This document shows, one piece after another, positions 1 to 8,898 of a DNA stretch of 32,000 nucleotides (the stretch's first letter is position 1; each line of letters begins with the position of its first letter). This DNA comes from an uncultured Clostridia bacterium (lineage in GTDB: Bacteria; Bacillota; Clostridia; UBA1381). The notes under the pieces were generated by a model. The model was not told where the DNA came from, searched no databases, and saw only the letters and a list, made by a program, of their open reading frames with translations. The stretch spans positions 1,142 through 33,141 of the forward strand of contig CANQIP010000005.1 of assembly GCA_947623955.1 (NCBI GenBank). Reading direction: 5' to 3'. A program made the position numbers and the translations under genes.

Positions 1-623
1 GCATAAGGGTAATACCGATAAGCTGCGCAACGGGTGCGGGTCTTAACACGGTACTCGGCGAGGCTGACGCGCTCGTGCGCGATAAGATTGAGCGCGAGAA
101 GGAAAAGGGCAGAAACAGGACGCTGCGCATTATGACCGTCGGCATACCGAACGTCGGGAAATCCAGTCTTATAAACCGTCTGCTCGGACGAGCGAGCGCA
201 AAAACGGGCGACCGCCCCGGTATTACGCGCGGTAAGCAGTGGCTTAAAATAAAGGGCGGCGCGGAGCTGCTCGACACACCGGGCATATTGCCGCCGAAAT
301 TTGAGGATCAGGCTGTGGCAACGCGGCTTGCATACACGGGCGCGATTAAGGACGAGATTATGAACACGGAACTCCTCGCCTACTCCCTGTGCGAATATCT
401 GCGCGACAACTACCCCGACGAGCTGTGTGCGAGGTACAAGCTTGATACTGTCGCGGGGCTTAAGGGCTACGAGGTGCTTGAAAAGATAGGCAGAAAGCGC
501 GGATTTGTAATATCCGGCGGCGAGGTTGATATGGAACGCGCCGCGAACACTGTTTTAGACGAACTGCGCAGCGCGAAAATCGGCGCGGTTACGCTCGAAA
601 CGCCCGATGATATTAAAGAATAA
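1..623 (+). CDS. rbgA: Ribosome biogenesis GTPase A (RbgA/YlqF), C-terminal part; the 5' end lies upstream of the window
   Basis: Frame 3 is open from base 3. GTPase motifs GIPNVGKSSLINRL and DTPGILPPKF are present, and the colinear resemblance to Bacillus RbgA holds as recalled. A hairpin terminator follows. Confidence 0.9.
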   Translation, partial: IRVIPISCATGAGLNTVLGEADALVRDKIEREKEKGRNRTLRIMTVGIPNVGKSSLINRLLGRASAKTGDRPGITRGKQWLKIKGGAELLDTPGILPPKFEDQAVATRLAYTGAIKDEIMNTELLAYSLCEYLRDNYPDELCARYKLDTVAGLKGYEVLEKIGRKRGFVISGGEVDMERAANTVLDELRSAKIGAVTLETPDDIKE

Positions 624-628
624 CACGT

Positions 629-660
629 AAAAAGCATATCGCTTCTGCGATATGCTTTTT
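629..660. terminator. Bidirectional intrinsic terminator between rbgA and the convergent BlaI-operon genes
   Basis: Perfect hairpin aaaagcatatcgc-ttct-gcgatatgctttt, flanked by an A-run and a T-run. Confidence 0.75.
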
Positions 661-674
661 CTATCTTCGCCCGA

Positions 675-1790
675 TTATTCAACTTTCGCATAGCCCATCC
701 AGCGGTACAAAATTCTTCCTTGACTCATATACGCCAGCTCCACACGGTAGGTTTTGCCTTTGATATAATTCTCTCCGATGCTGAGATGCAAAACTGCAGT
801 CGGGGAAATGCTTTGGCTCATAAGAGTTCCGTTTTCATCATTGTATACTTTGACCCATACATAATCAATACCTGAATATGTAACATTGCTGCGAACGGTA
901 ATCTCGTTTTCGTCTGCACCGATAACGTCCACATTGAACCCTTCAACAGACAGGTTTTTATAAAAATCCCGTTCATAATCACTGAAAAACTTTGCCGAGT
1001 AATACGGCATTTTATTTAAATCCGTTATCATATCCTCCATTTCTCCGGACATTTCAACATTGTTCACGGCGGGGCAATCCGTTTTCATGCCTATATCGAC
1101 AAGCTTTAAGTCGGATGTCCAACCATACTCGCCCGCACAACTGAAAATCACGTCCATACAGCAGTTGTCCTTTATTGCGAAGAACAGCGTTACAAAATGC
1201 GTCTGTTCCGAGCTGTCACAACCGAGTTTACCGTAGATACCGTCGGCGGTCGTATCGGTTACGGCATAGCTTAAATCCGTAAGTCTGTCGGCGGCGGTGC
1301 GCTGTCTTAAATCTGCAAGATATTTATATGTTTCGCTTTCGGCGTCCAATCCGCTGCCGTTATCATACGAACCGTTCTGCAATGCCATTGTAAGCGTTCC
1401 GCGTTTGCCGGAAAGTGACAGCGTTCCTTGACTGTTTATAACGCCGTCCGTATAGCGGTAATCGTAATTTTTGACTTCACAATGAATGTTGCCGTCGTCT
1501 CCGGCGACATCGGTTTTCAAATATTCCGGCACGTACAAGCCGGATATATTGATATCAAAGCTCATATCGCCCGTCAAATATATTTCGTCCTTGTCCCAAT
1601 GCTCCATTCCGTCCGCGCCTATCGCCGCCATGACCGCGGTCGCGGCAAGTATAGAAACAGCCATTACCGCCGACATAACCGCCGCCGCAAGCCGGGCCGC
1701 TCTGCCGCGTCTGCGGCGTATTTCAGTGAACCGCTTTTGCAGCATCTTTGCCGAGCCGCTCATTTGTGTTGTGTAAAATTTTTTAAACAT
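675..1790 (-). CDS. Membrane-anchored protein, paralogue B: short basic cytoplasmic tail, one TM helix, ~310-aa ectodomain of unknown family
   Basis: 371-aa ORF. The N-terminus MFKKFYTTQMSGSAKMLQKRFTEIRRRRGRAARLAA is followed by a hydrophobic helix. An RBS-like aaaggagaaaagggcagag lies upstream. It is the last gene of the BlaI/M56 operon. Confidence 0.75.
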   Translation of the reverse strand: MFKKFYTTQMSGSAKMLQKRFTEIRRRRGRAARLAAAVMSAVMAVSILAATAVMAAIGADGMEHWDKDEIYLTGDMSFDINISGLYVPEYLKTDVAGDDGNIHCEVKNYDYRYTDGVINSQGTLSLSGKRGTLTMALQNGSYDNGSGLDAESETYKYLADLRQRTAADRLTDLSYAVTDTTADGIYGKLGCDSSEQTHFVTLFFAIKDNCCMDVIFSCAGEYGWTSDLKLVDIGMKTDCPAVNNVEMSGEMEDMITDLNKMPYYSAKFFSDYERDFYKNLSVEGFNVDVIGADENEITVRSNVTYSGIDYVWVKVYNDENGTLMSQSISPTAVLHLSIGENYIKGKTYRVELAYMSQGRILYRWMGYAKVE

Positions 1791-1817
1791 CTCTGCCCTT
1801 TTCTCCTTTCCGATTAC
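1607..1817 (-). repeat. Copy 1 of a ~210-nt direct repeat (RBS plus the first ~60 codons of the paralogues)
   Basis: Hand alignment with 2769-2970 gives about 8 substitutions and one 1-nt indel. Similarity collapses right after the TM-coding part. Confidence 0.85.
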
Positions 1818-1829
1818 TCTTTCGGTCTA

Positions 1830-2942
1830 TTATTCGATTGTTACATATTCGCGTTGGCGGTATCGTATTGTGCTGTATCCGGAAAAATCTTTCATGCATA
1901 TAAAATCTATTATATAAGTTTTGCCTTTTTCAAATTTGCCTGTTATATTCCCGTTATCGTTAAAATGCTGAGGCATTAATGTTATAGTGTCCGATACAGG
2001 CAGATGATAATATGCAGTTGTGTCAATCATGTCCGAGCCTGTGTCCGCAGAATATATATCGCAGCGCATTGAGTCGATTCCCGCGTGATTGACATTTGCC
2101 TTAATTTTGATGTAATCCTCTTTCGTTTCCACAACCTTTATATCAATCCCGTCAACTTTTCTGTTAATATAATTCATATCTTCAAAATATGTATAATATC
2201 CGTATCGGTAGCCGTTATTTTTATATTTGATCGCGCCTATAAAATCACCTATTTGGGTTAAATTCGATATATTTAAAAGCTGATAATTGTTTTTGTCGCT
2301 TTCGAATATATCATCAGCGTCGAATAAAACGGCAAAATTATTTATTTTGTTTTCTGCTTCGTTTATGTCGATAAAAAGGACCGCCTTTTTGTCGCTTTTG
2401 TTGTTTTCCGATAAATCCATATTTTCATGGTGGAATGTCATTCGACGCATTGTTTCGGAATCATAGTTCGGATTTTTTGCGATAAATAAACTATTTAATT
2501 CATCCGACCACGGATAATACAACGGTGAATCGGAATATAGCGTTACAGTCTTTCCGTTCCCCGACATCGTTAATATACATCTTTTGCTGACCCATCCACG
2601 TGTGTCGCGTACGTTCGCAATATCAAGTTTTGCATCAACGCGATGTTCGTCCCCTGCAAGCATAGAAAACCATTCCGGTTGATTTGTAAGATTATCGGTA
2701 TGTATGATAAACTCCTCTCTACCCAAAATGTATAACTCATTTTCGTGATAGTATTCCAATCCATCCTTGCCTATTGCCGCCATGACCGCGGTCGCAGCAA
2801 GTATAGAAACAGCCATTACCACCGACATAACCGTCGCCGCAAGCCGAGCCGCTCTGCCGCGTCTGCGGCGTATTTCGGTGAACCGCTTTTGCAGCATCTT
2901 TGCCGAACCGCTCATTTGTGTTGTGTAAAATTTCTTAAACAT
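1830..2942 (-). CDS. Membrane-anchored protein, paralogue A: same N-terminal module as 675-1790, with a diverged ectodomain
   Basis: 370-aa ORF. The first ~58 aa are almost identical to paralogue B; the remainder is only loosely similar (for example the C-terminal KGKTY...E). Confidence 0.75.
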   Translation of the reverse strand: MFKKFYTTQMSGSAKMLQKRFTEIRRRRGRAARLAATVMSVVMAVSILAATAVMAAIGKDGLEYYHENELYILGREEFIIHTDNLTNQPEWFSMLAGDEHRVDAKLDIANVRDTRGWVSKRCILTMSGNGKTVTLYSDSPLYYPWSDELNSLFIAKNPNYDSETMRRMTFHHENMDLSENNKSDKKAVLFIDINEAENKINNFAVLFDADDIFESDKNNYQLLNISNLTQIGDFIGAIKYKNNGYRYGYYTYFEDMNYINRKVDGIDIKVVETKEDYIKIKANVNHAGIDSMRCDIYSADTGSDMIDTTAYYHLPVSDTITLMPQHFNDNGNITGKFEKGKTYIIDFICMKDFSGYSTIRYRQREYVTIE

Positions 2943-2970
2943 CTCTGCCCTTTTCTCCTTTCCGAATTAC
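2769..2970 (-). repeat. Copy 2 of the ~210-nt direct repeat
   Basis: See copy 1. The repeat includes the identical leader catctctgcccttttctcctttccga. Confidence 0.85.
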
Positions 2971-3797
2971 CATAACAAATCCAGAATAGCAGCCATATAC
3001 ATTTTTTGCTCGTTGCCGCTCATATTGCGAGTTACTGCCATATCACACGCTATCTCGCATGACTCGTTCACGTTTGCGGCAAACAGGTATGCCATCGGGT
3101 TAAACCAGTGCAGTGCGTTTACAAATAGCGAGAACCATTTTATGAGCAAATCTCCGCGTTTATAATGTGTCAGTTCATGCAGGAATACCATACGCATCTG
3201 AACATCCGTGAGGCTGGTCATCGGCATATATACTACGGGAAACAGTGCACCGGCGAGCATAGGCGACTTCACCTCCGGCGAGGTGCGCACGCGTATGCGG
3301 CGCTTTATCTTAAGCTCATTTTTGACCTGTTCGAGTATGGCGTTATCCTCAACGTTAAGCGAGCCTTTACGGCGTTTTATCAGAAATACAGTGTAGCTCA
3401 CGGCTGCCGCCAGAATGAAAATCCCCGCACCCGCAAGCCATATGTACGCGAATAAATCCATGAGCCGTACGCGTTTTTCGGGTGCAAGCTCTATCTCGCG
3501 GTACTCAAACGGTACATTCTCTATTATAACAGGCGCGTCGGTTTTGTGCTGATTGTCCTCAGCCGCAGTTTCTGTCTGCTGTACTTCCACCTGTTTTGAC
3601 ACGAAATTTACCGTATCTGTCGGCACGAGCCGCCAGAACGGCACGAGCATAAACACTCCCGAGATGATCCATGCCGCGTATTGCAGTCGCGCGGGGAAAA
3701 AGCGCGTCATTACGGGCTTTAGCAAAAGCAGCACCGCCACGACCGCGAAACCGAGCACGCTCATTGAAAGAACTGTTGTAAAAGCTGTATAAATCAT
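2967..3797 (-). CDS. M56-family (BlaR1-like) membrane metalloprotease without a C-terminal sensor domain
   Basis: HExxH motif in FLHELTHYKRGD and several TM helices. Only 276 aa long. A 4-nt overlap (ATGA) with the upstream BlaI-like gene indicates translational coupling. Confidence 0.85.
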   Translation of the reverse strand: MIYTAFTTVLSMSVLGFAVVAVLLLLKPVMTRFFPARLQYAAWIISGVFMLVPFWRLVPTDTVNFVSKQVEVQQTETAAEDNQHKTDAPVIIENVPFEYREIELAPEKRVRLMDLFAYIWLAGAGIFILAAAVSYTVFLIKRRKGSLNVEDNAILEQVKNELKIKRRIRVRTSPEVKSPMLAGALFPVVYMPMTSLTDVQMRMVFLHELTHYKRGDLLIKWFSLFVNALHWFNPMAYLFAANVNESCEIACDMAVTRNMSGNEQKMYMAAILDLLW

Positions 3798-4171
3798 TTA
3801 TCGCTCTCCAAAAACATTTTTTTAAGTTCGTCAACCTCATCCTCCGAGATTTCCTCGTTTTCATAAAGCGACGCGACCATACGCTTTACCGAGCCGCCGT
3901 AAAGCTTAGACAAAAACGATTTTGTTTCGTTTATGCTGTATTCGCTGCGTTTCATAATCGGGTAATAGCAATTCGTCTTTCCGTGCTTTGTAAAGCCGAT
4001 TATTCCCTTCTTTGACAGCCTCTGCAAAAGCGTCGATACCGTTGAAGGCGTCCACTCACGTCCCGACAGCCTTTCACACACGCCGCTCACGGTCATGCTC
4101 CCGTCCGCATCCCATAAAAGCCGCATGACTTCGTATTCCGCATCCGTTATAGTTTGTTTTTGCGTTGACAT
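3794..4171 (-). CDS. BlaI/MecI/CopY-family winged-helix transcriptional repressor
   Basis: 125 aa from ATG 4171, with AGGAGG 8 nt upstream. The family-typical N-terminus reads ITDAEYEVMRLLW...TVSTLLQRLSKKG. Paired with the M56 protease gene. Confidence 0.85.
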   Translation of the reverse strand: MSTQKQTITDAEYEVMRLLWDADGSMTVSGVCERLSGREWTPSTVSTLLQRLSKKGIIGFTKHGKTNCYYPIMKRSEYSINETKSFLSKLYGGSVKRMVASLYENEEISEDEVDELKKMFLESDK

Positions 4172-4190
4172 CAACTGTTCCTCCTATCCT

Positions 4191-4240
4191 TACATTTGTA
4201 GCTACATCTATATATTACACCTGTAGCTACGTTTTGTCAA
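4191..4240 (-). promoter_or_regulatory. Promoter of the BlaI operon overlapped by two TACAnnTGTA operator boxes
   Basis: On the minus strand: TTGACA (4240-4235), a 17-nt spacer, then TAATAT (4217-4212). The boxes are tacacctgta (4216-4225) and tacatttgta (4191-4200), each extended into the palindrome TGTAGCTAC(A). This matches the classical BlaI/MecI/CopY box. Confidence 0.65.
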
Positions 4241-4261
4241 TAGCTTACGGAAAATTTTTCA

Positions 4262-4299
4262 CAAAAAAAAAATACGAAACGGCTTTATACCGTTTCGTA
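4262..4299 (-). terminator. Intrinsic terminator downstream of the HPr-like gene
   Basis: 10-bp stem tacgaaacgg/ccgtttcgta, followed on the minus strand by a T-run. Confidence 0.7.
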
Positions 4300-4326
4300 C
4301 CTCATAACAATTTTATGTAGCCAAAA

Positions 4327-4557
4327 TTACTTAATGATGAACTTGTCAAGCTCAGCCACAAAAGCGTCACAGTCATCGCTGTGAACCTCAACCTTAATCG
4401 GCTTTGAAAGATCAAGGCTGAATATACCCATGATCGACTTAGCGTCTACAACATATCTGCCGGACGTTAAATCAACATCAAAATCATACTTGCTTACAGT
4501 GTTCACGAAATCTTTTACGTCGTTGATCGAACCTAACAGAAGATTAAATGTTTTCAT
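4327..4557 (-). CDS. Small HPr-family (phosphocarrier-like) protein
   Basis: 76-aa ORF with RBS ggaggaaata. The pattern DFDVDL..GRYVVDAKSIMGIFSLDL resembles short clostridial HPr-like proteins as I recall them. No canonical His-15 site is seen. Confidence 0.6.
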   Translation of the reverse strand: MKTFNLLLGSINDVKDFVNTVSKYDFDVDLTSGRYVVDAKSIMGIFSLDLSKPIKVEVHSDDCDAFVAELDKFIIK

Positions 4558-4744
4558 AATTATTTCCTCCTCATTTTCATATCTTACCTGTTTGTGTCTT
4601 TGTTACACATCTTAATAATACATCTTTTCTTTTAAATAGTCAATAGGTATTGCTTTTTTTTGTTAAATTTTATATAATAATGCTAATGCGGATATTGAAA
4701 AGGTCAATATTTTGGTAAATCTGTTTACATAAAGAGGTAATGGA

Positions 4745-6040
4745 ATGAAAAAAGCGGCATTTTACACGCTCGGCTGTAAGGTAAATCAGTACGAAACGGA
4801 GGCAATGGCGGAGCTTTTTATGGGCGCGGGGTACGAAGTGTGCGATTTTTCCGAAAAAGCGGACGTGTACGTTATAAATACATGCTCGGTAACGAATATG
4901 GGCGACAGGAAATCGCGGCAGGTTATACGCAGGGCTAAAAAGACGAATCCCGACGCGATTGTGGCTGTAACGGGCTGCTACGCCCAGACCGCGCCCGATG
5001 AGATACTCGGTATAGACGGCGTAAATATCGTCATAGGCACGAAAGGCAGGGGCGATATTGTGCATCTTGTCGAGAGCGCGGCAACGGGCGCGCCGGTAAA
5101 TTGCGTGTCAGATATAATGACAAATCACGAGTTTGAAGAACTCAATATAAAACGCTACATGAACAGAACGAGAGCGTTTATAAAAATACAGGAGGGGTGC
5201 AGTCAGTTTTGCTCGTACTGCATTATCCCCTACGCACGCGGTCCCGTGCGGAGCAGACCGTCCGACGAGGTTGTGTGCGAGGTAAAACGGCTCGCGCAAA
5301 ACGGCTACAAGGAGATTATTCTCGTCGGTATACACGTCGCGTCGTACGGTAAGGATTTAACGGGCACAAGCCTTGAAAAGCTTATTGCGGAGCTTGACGG
5401 CATAGACGATATCGAGCGTATACGGCTTTCTTCAATCGAGCCGATGACGCTCGACCATAAATTTATCGACAGCATAAAGGCGTCGAAAAAGCTGTGCCAC
5501 CATTTCCATATATCGCTCCAGTCGGGCTGCGACGAAACGCTTAAACGCATGAACCGCAAGTATACGGCGGAGCAGTTTGGAGGAATAGTAAACGGTATAA
5601 GAAGGGCGTTCCCCGACGCGGCTGTCACGACCGATATAATGGTAGGTTTCCCCGGCGAAACGGACGAGGAATTTGCAAAAACGGCGGAATTTGTGAGGAA
5701 AACGGACTTTGCCGACGCGCATATATTCCAGTATTCGCGCCGAAAAGGCACTCCCGCAGCAAAGCGCGCCGACCAGGTCACGCCCGAGGTAAAGGAGAAA
5801 CGCGCGAAGGTTATAGCGGAAATTACCGAAAAGAGCCGTGACGCGTTTCTTGCGCGGTTTATCGGAAAAACGATGCGCGTGCTGTTCGAGCAGCGCGCCG
5901 CAGACGGTATGTTTGAGGGCAAGACGGACAATTATATTACCGTTCACTCACCGTCGGACGCGGATTTAAACGATGAATTTCGGGATGTTAAGCTTGAAAG
6001 ACACGAAAACGGCATAATGTACGGTCACATCGTTGAATAG
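4745..6040 (+). CDS. mtaB: tRNA t6A37 methylthiotransferase MtaB (radical SAM, MiaB-like)
   Basis: The N-terminus reads FYTLGCKVNQYETEAM and carries the three-Cys UPF0004 pattern. The radical-SAM motif CSQFCSYCIIP and a C-terminal TRAM-like region are present. RBS aaagaggtaatgg. Confidence 0.9.
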   Translation: MKKAAFYTLGCKVNQYETEAMAELFMGAGYEVCDFSEKADVYVINTCSVTNMGDRKSRQVIRRAKKTNPDAIVAVTGCYAQTAPDEILGIDGVNIVIGTKGRGDIVHLVESAATGAPVNCVSDIMTNHEFEELNIKRYMNRTRAFIKIQEGCSQFCSYCIIPYARGPVRSRPSDEVVCEVKRLAQNGYKEIILVGIHVASYGKDLTGTSLEKLIAELDGIDDIERIRLSSIEPMTLDHKFIDSIKASKKLCHHFHISLQSGCDETLKRMNRKYTAEQFGGIVNGIRRAFPDAAVTTDIMVGFPGETDEEFAKTAEFVRKTDFADAHIFQYSRRKGTPAAKRADQVTPEVKEKRAKVIAEITEKSRDAFLARFIGKTMRVLFEQRAADGMFEGKTDNYITVHSPSDADLNDEFRDVKLERHENGIMYGHIVE

Positions 6041-6047
6041 GAACAAC

Positions 6048-6077
6048 AAAAAAGCGTATCGTTTCGATACGCTTTTT
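6048..6077. terminator. Bidirectional terminator between mtaB and the convergent efp operon
   Basis: Hairpin aaaaagcgtatcg-ttt-cgatacgcttttt. Confidence 0.75.
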
Positions 6078-6085
6078 GTTTGCAA

Positions 6086-6541
6086 TTATTCGTCTTCCCC
6101 GTCGTCAGAATTGAGATTAAATTCAAGTTCTATTTCCTCGTGACAGTTCGGGCATACGATCGCGCTGTCGTCGTCGATCATATCAAAGTCAATCATAACG
6201 TCCTCGCCGCAGTTGGGACATTCAATCTCGAAATAATCTCCGCCGTCATCTTCAAGGTCGTCGTACTCGTCATCGTCAAAGTCATCGTCGTCATCGTAGA
6301 TGTCGCGCTCATAATCATCGCCGTAAATGTCGTCCGCTATGGAGAAGAGCGCGTCGTCGAGTTCGTCCGTGACATCCTCAACGTTCTCAACTCTTTCTTC
6401 CAACTCGCCTATTCTGTCAGCCATAGCTCCCACAACGTCGATAAGTTTCATAATAAGCTTACCCTCGTCGCTTTTCGGGTTTATGTCAAGCCCCTCTGCG
6501 TAACCTTTAAGGTATGCCGCCTGTTTGATCAAATCTTCCAT
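6086..6541 (-). CDS. Highly acidic zinc-ribbon protein (CD1247-N-terminal-domain-like) encoded downstream of efp
   Basis: 151 aa with a D/E-rich centre and two CxxC pairs (CPNCGEDV...CPNCHEE). The helical N-terminus reads QAAYLKGYAEGL. Confidence 0.7.
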   Translation of the reverse strand: MEDLIKQAAYLKGYAEGLDINPKSDEGKLIMKLIDVVGAMADRIGELEERVENVEDVTDELDDALFSIADDIYGDDYERDIYDDDDDFDDDEYDDLEDDGGDYFEIECPNCGEDVMIDFDMIDDDSAIVCPNCHEEIELEFNLNSDDGEDE

Positions 6542-6559
6542 AGTATACCTCCTACAGAA

Positions 6560-7120
6560 TTACTTTACGCGTTCCATGTACTCGCCCGTTCTCGTGTCTA
6601 CTCTTATAATCTCGTTTACGTCAATGAACAAGGGAACATTGATAACCGCGCCCGTTTCAAGCGTTGCGGGCTTCATTGCGTTTGTAGATGTGTTGCCCGC
6701 AAAGCCCGGCTCGGTCTCCGTTACCTGAAGTTCCACGAATGTCGGAGGCTCTACGCCGAAGATGTTGCCCTTGTAGGACATAATCTTGCACACGTCGTTT
6801 TCCTTGACAAACTTCATTTCATTCTCTATTTCGCCCTTGGCAATGTCAATCATGTCGTATGTTTCATTATCCATGAAGTGGTAGAAATCGTCGTCGCCGT
6901 AAGAATACGACATATCCTTTCTGTCAATGTGTGCCTCCTCGAATTTTTCGGTCGGTCTGAAGGTCTTTTCAACAACGCCGCCGTTTATTACGTTCTTGAG
7001 CTTAGTTCTTACAAACGCCGCACCCTTGCCCGGCTTAACGTGCTGAAACTCGACTATCTGGTATACGTTACCCTCAAATTCAAACGTTCTGCCGTTTCTA
7101 AAATCTCCTGCTGTAATCAT
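6560..7120 (-). CDS. efp: Translation elongation factor P
   Basis: [43 protein letters not shown] is canonical EF-P. I chose the start at 7120 (RBS aggagga 7 nt upstream) rather than the track's 7207. Confidence 0.95.
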   Translation of the reverse strand: MITAGDFRNGRTFEFEGNVYQIVEFQHVKPGKGAAFVRTKLKNVINGGVVEKTFRPTEKFEEAHIDRKDMSYSYGDDDFYHFMDNETYDMIDIAKGEIENEMKFVKENDVCKIMSYKGNIFGVEPPTFVELQVTETEPGFAGNTSTNAMKPATLETGAVINVPLFIDVNEIIRVDTRTGEYMERVK

Positions 7121-7236
7121 AAAAAATCCTCCTGTGTCATTTGTTTCTATTCCTATTGTATATATTCTAATATATTTTGCCCGAAAAGTCAACAAAAAAA
7201 GAACCAAAACTTGGAATTTGGCTCTTTTCGTGAGAT

Positions 7237-8871
7237 TTAATTTTCAATCTGTGATTTTACAAGGCTTTCACCGCAGTAAATTTCACGCAGTTTCGGCTTT
7301 TCTATCTTGCCTGTCGGGTTGCGCGGCACGTCGGCGAATATGATTTTACGCGGACGCTTGTAGCGCGGCAGTTCGAGACAAAACTCGTTTATATCGTCCT
7401 CCGTGCATGTTACGTTCGGTTTAAGCTCGATTATGGCAGCCGTAATTTCTCCGAGACGGTGGTCGGGCAGACCGATTACGGCAACGTCCTTAATCGCGTC
7501 GTTCTTTCTTAAAAAGTCCTCGATCTGCACGGGGTAAATATTCTCGCCGCCGGAGATGATTACGTCCTTTGCGCGGTCAACAAGGTATATAAAGCCGTCC
7601 TCGTCCTCCTGCGCGACGTCGCCGGTTAAAAGCCAGCCGTCCTTTAACACCTCGTCGGTCGATTTTTTGTCGTTGTAGTAGCAAAGCATTACGCCGGGAC
7701 CCTTGACGCACAATTCGCCTACCTCTCCCCGCTTGACCTCGCTGCCGTCGGGGTTTATAATTTTCGTTTCCCAGCCGTAGCCCGCCTTGCCTATCGCGCC
7801 GACCTTGTGTATATTTTCAACGCCAAGGTGTACACATCCAGGGCCTATCGACTCGGACAAGCCGTAGTTTGTATCGTAGTCGTGATTGGGGAAATGCTCC
7901 TTCCAGCGTTTTATAAGGCTCGGCGGTACGGGCTGTGCGCCTATGTGCATGAGTCTCCACTGTGAAAGGTTATATTTCTCCGGCTTTATCTCGCCGCTGT
8001 CTATAGCGTCGAGAATATCCTGCGCCCACGGCACAAGCAGCCATACTATCGTACATTCTTCCTCCGATACGGCGCGGAGTATCCACTCCGGCTTTATGCC
8101 CTTCAACAGCACAGCCTTACTGCCCGAAATCAGCGAGCCAAACCAGTGCATTTTCGCGCCGGTGTGGTAAAGCGGCGGTATGCAAAGGAACACATCGTCA
8201 TGCGTCTGTCCGTGGTGCTTTTGCTCCACCGTCGCGCTGTGCATAAGGCTTGTGTGGTCGTGCAGTATCGCCTTCGGGAAACCCGTCGTACCTGACGAGA
8301 AGTAAATCGCCGCATGGTCGTTATCGGTAATCTCCACGTCGGGCTTTATCGAACGCATAAACTTTACAAGATAGTCGTAGCTTTCCGCGAACGTCGGGCA
8401 TGACGCGCCCACAAAGAACGTCTGCTTTACGTTCGGTATCTTATCGCATATCTCCTCAACTCTTCCGATAAACTCCGGACCGAAAATCAGCGCGTCCGCC
8501 TCTGCAAGCTCAATGCAATATTTAATTTCGTCCGCCGTATAGCGGTAGTTTAACGGTACGGCTATCGCGCCCGCTTTGAGCGTGCCGAAATAAATCGGCA
8601 GCCATTCAAGACAGTTCATAAGAAGGATAGCCACCTTGTCGCCCTTCTTTATGCCGCGGCTCAGTAAAAGATTTGCGAAACGGTTTGCGCGTTTGTCGAA
8701 TTCCTTCCAAGTAATTTCGGTGCGTCCCGCCTCCATCGGATTTGTTTCGATAAGCGCGTACTCTCTCCACGTAACCTTTGAGTGTTCCATAACCTTCGGG
8801 TTTATTTCAACGAGCGCGACCTCATTCGCGTACTGCTCCGCGTTTCTTTCAAGCAGCTCTGTAATTGGCAT
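7237..8871 (-). CDS. AMP-forming acyl-CoA synthetase / class I adenylate-forming enzyme
   Basis: AMP-binding signature [14 protein letters not shown], plus GWLLTGDVA...[16 protein letters not shown] and a C-terminal [11 protein letters not shown] aaggggagag. Confidence 0.85.
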   Translation of the reverse strand: MPITELLERNAEQYANEVALVEINPKVMEHSKVTWREYALIETNPMEAGRTEITWKEFDKRANRFANLLLSRGIKKGDKVAILLMNCLEWLPIYFGTLKAGAIAVPLNYRYTADEIKYCIELAEADALIFGPEFIGRVEEICDKIPNVKQTFFVGASCPTFAESYDYLVKFMRSIKPDVEITDNDHAAIYFSSGTTGFPKAILHDHTSLMHSATVEQKHHGQTHDDVFLCIPPLYHTGAKMHWFGSLISGSKAVLLKGIKPEWILRAVSEEECTIVWLLVPWAQDILDAIDSGEIKPEKYNLSQWRLMHIGAQPVPPSLIKRWKEHFPNHDYDTNYGLSESIGPGCVHLGVENIHKVGAIGKAGYGWETKIINPDGSEVKRGEVGELCVKGPGVMLCYYNDKKSTDEVLKDGWLLTGDVAQEDEDGFIYLVDRAKDVIISGGENIYPVQIEDFLRKNDAIKDVAVIGLPDHRLGEITAAIIELKPNVTCTEDDINEFCLELPRYKRPRKIIFADVPRNPTGKIEKPKLREIYCGESLVKSQIEN

Positions 8872-8898
8872 TGTTCTCTCCCCTTTTCGCGCGGCTTA

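Noticed and set aside
5305-5947. Two minus-strand ORFs of 208 and 171 aa
   Set aside because: They lie antisense within mtaB, which has unambiguous radical-SAM motifs.
6080-7240. 386-aa plus-strand ORF
   Set aside because: It is antisense to EF-P and to the acidic zinc-ribbon gene, both of which have clear homology and RBSs. Its V/F/I/R-rich composition is typical of shadow ORFs.
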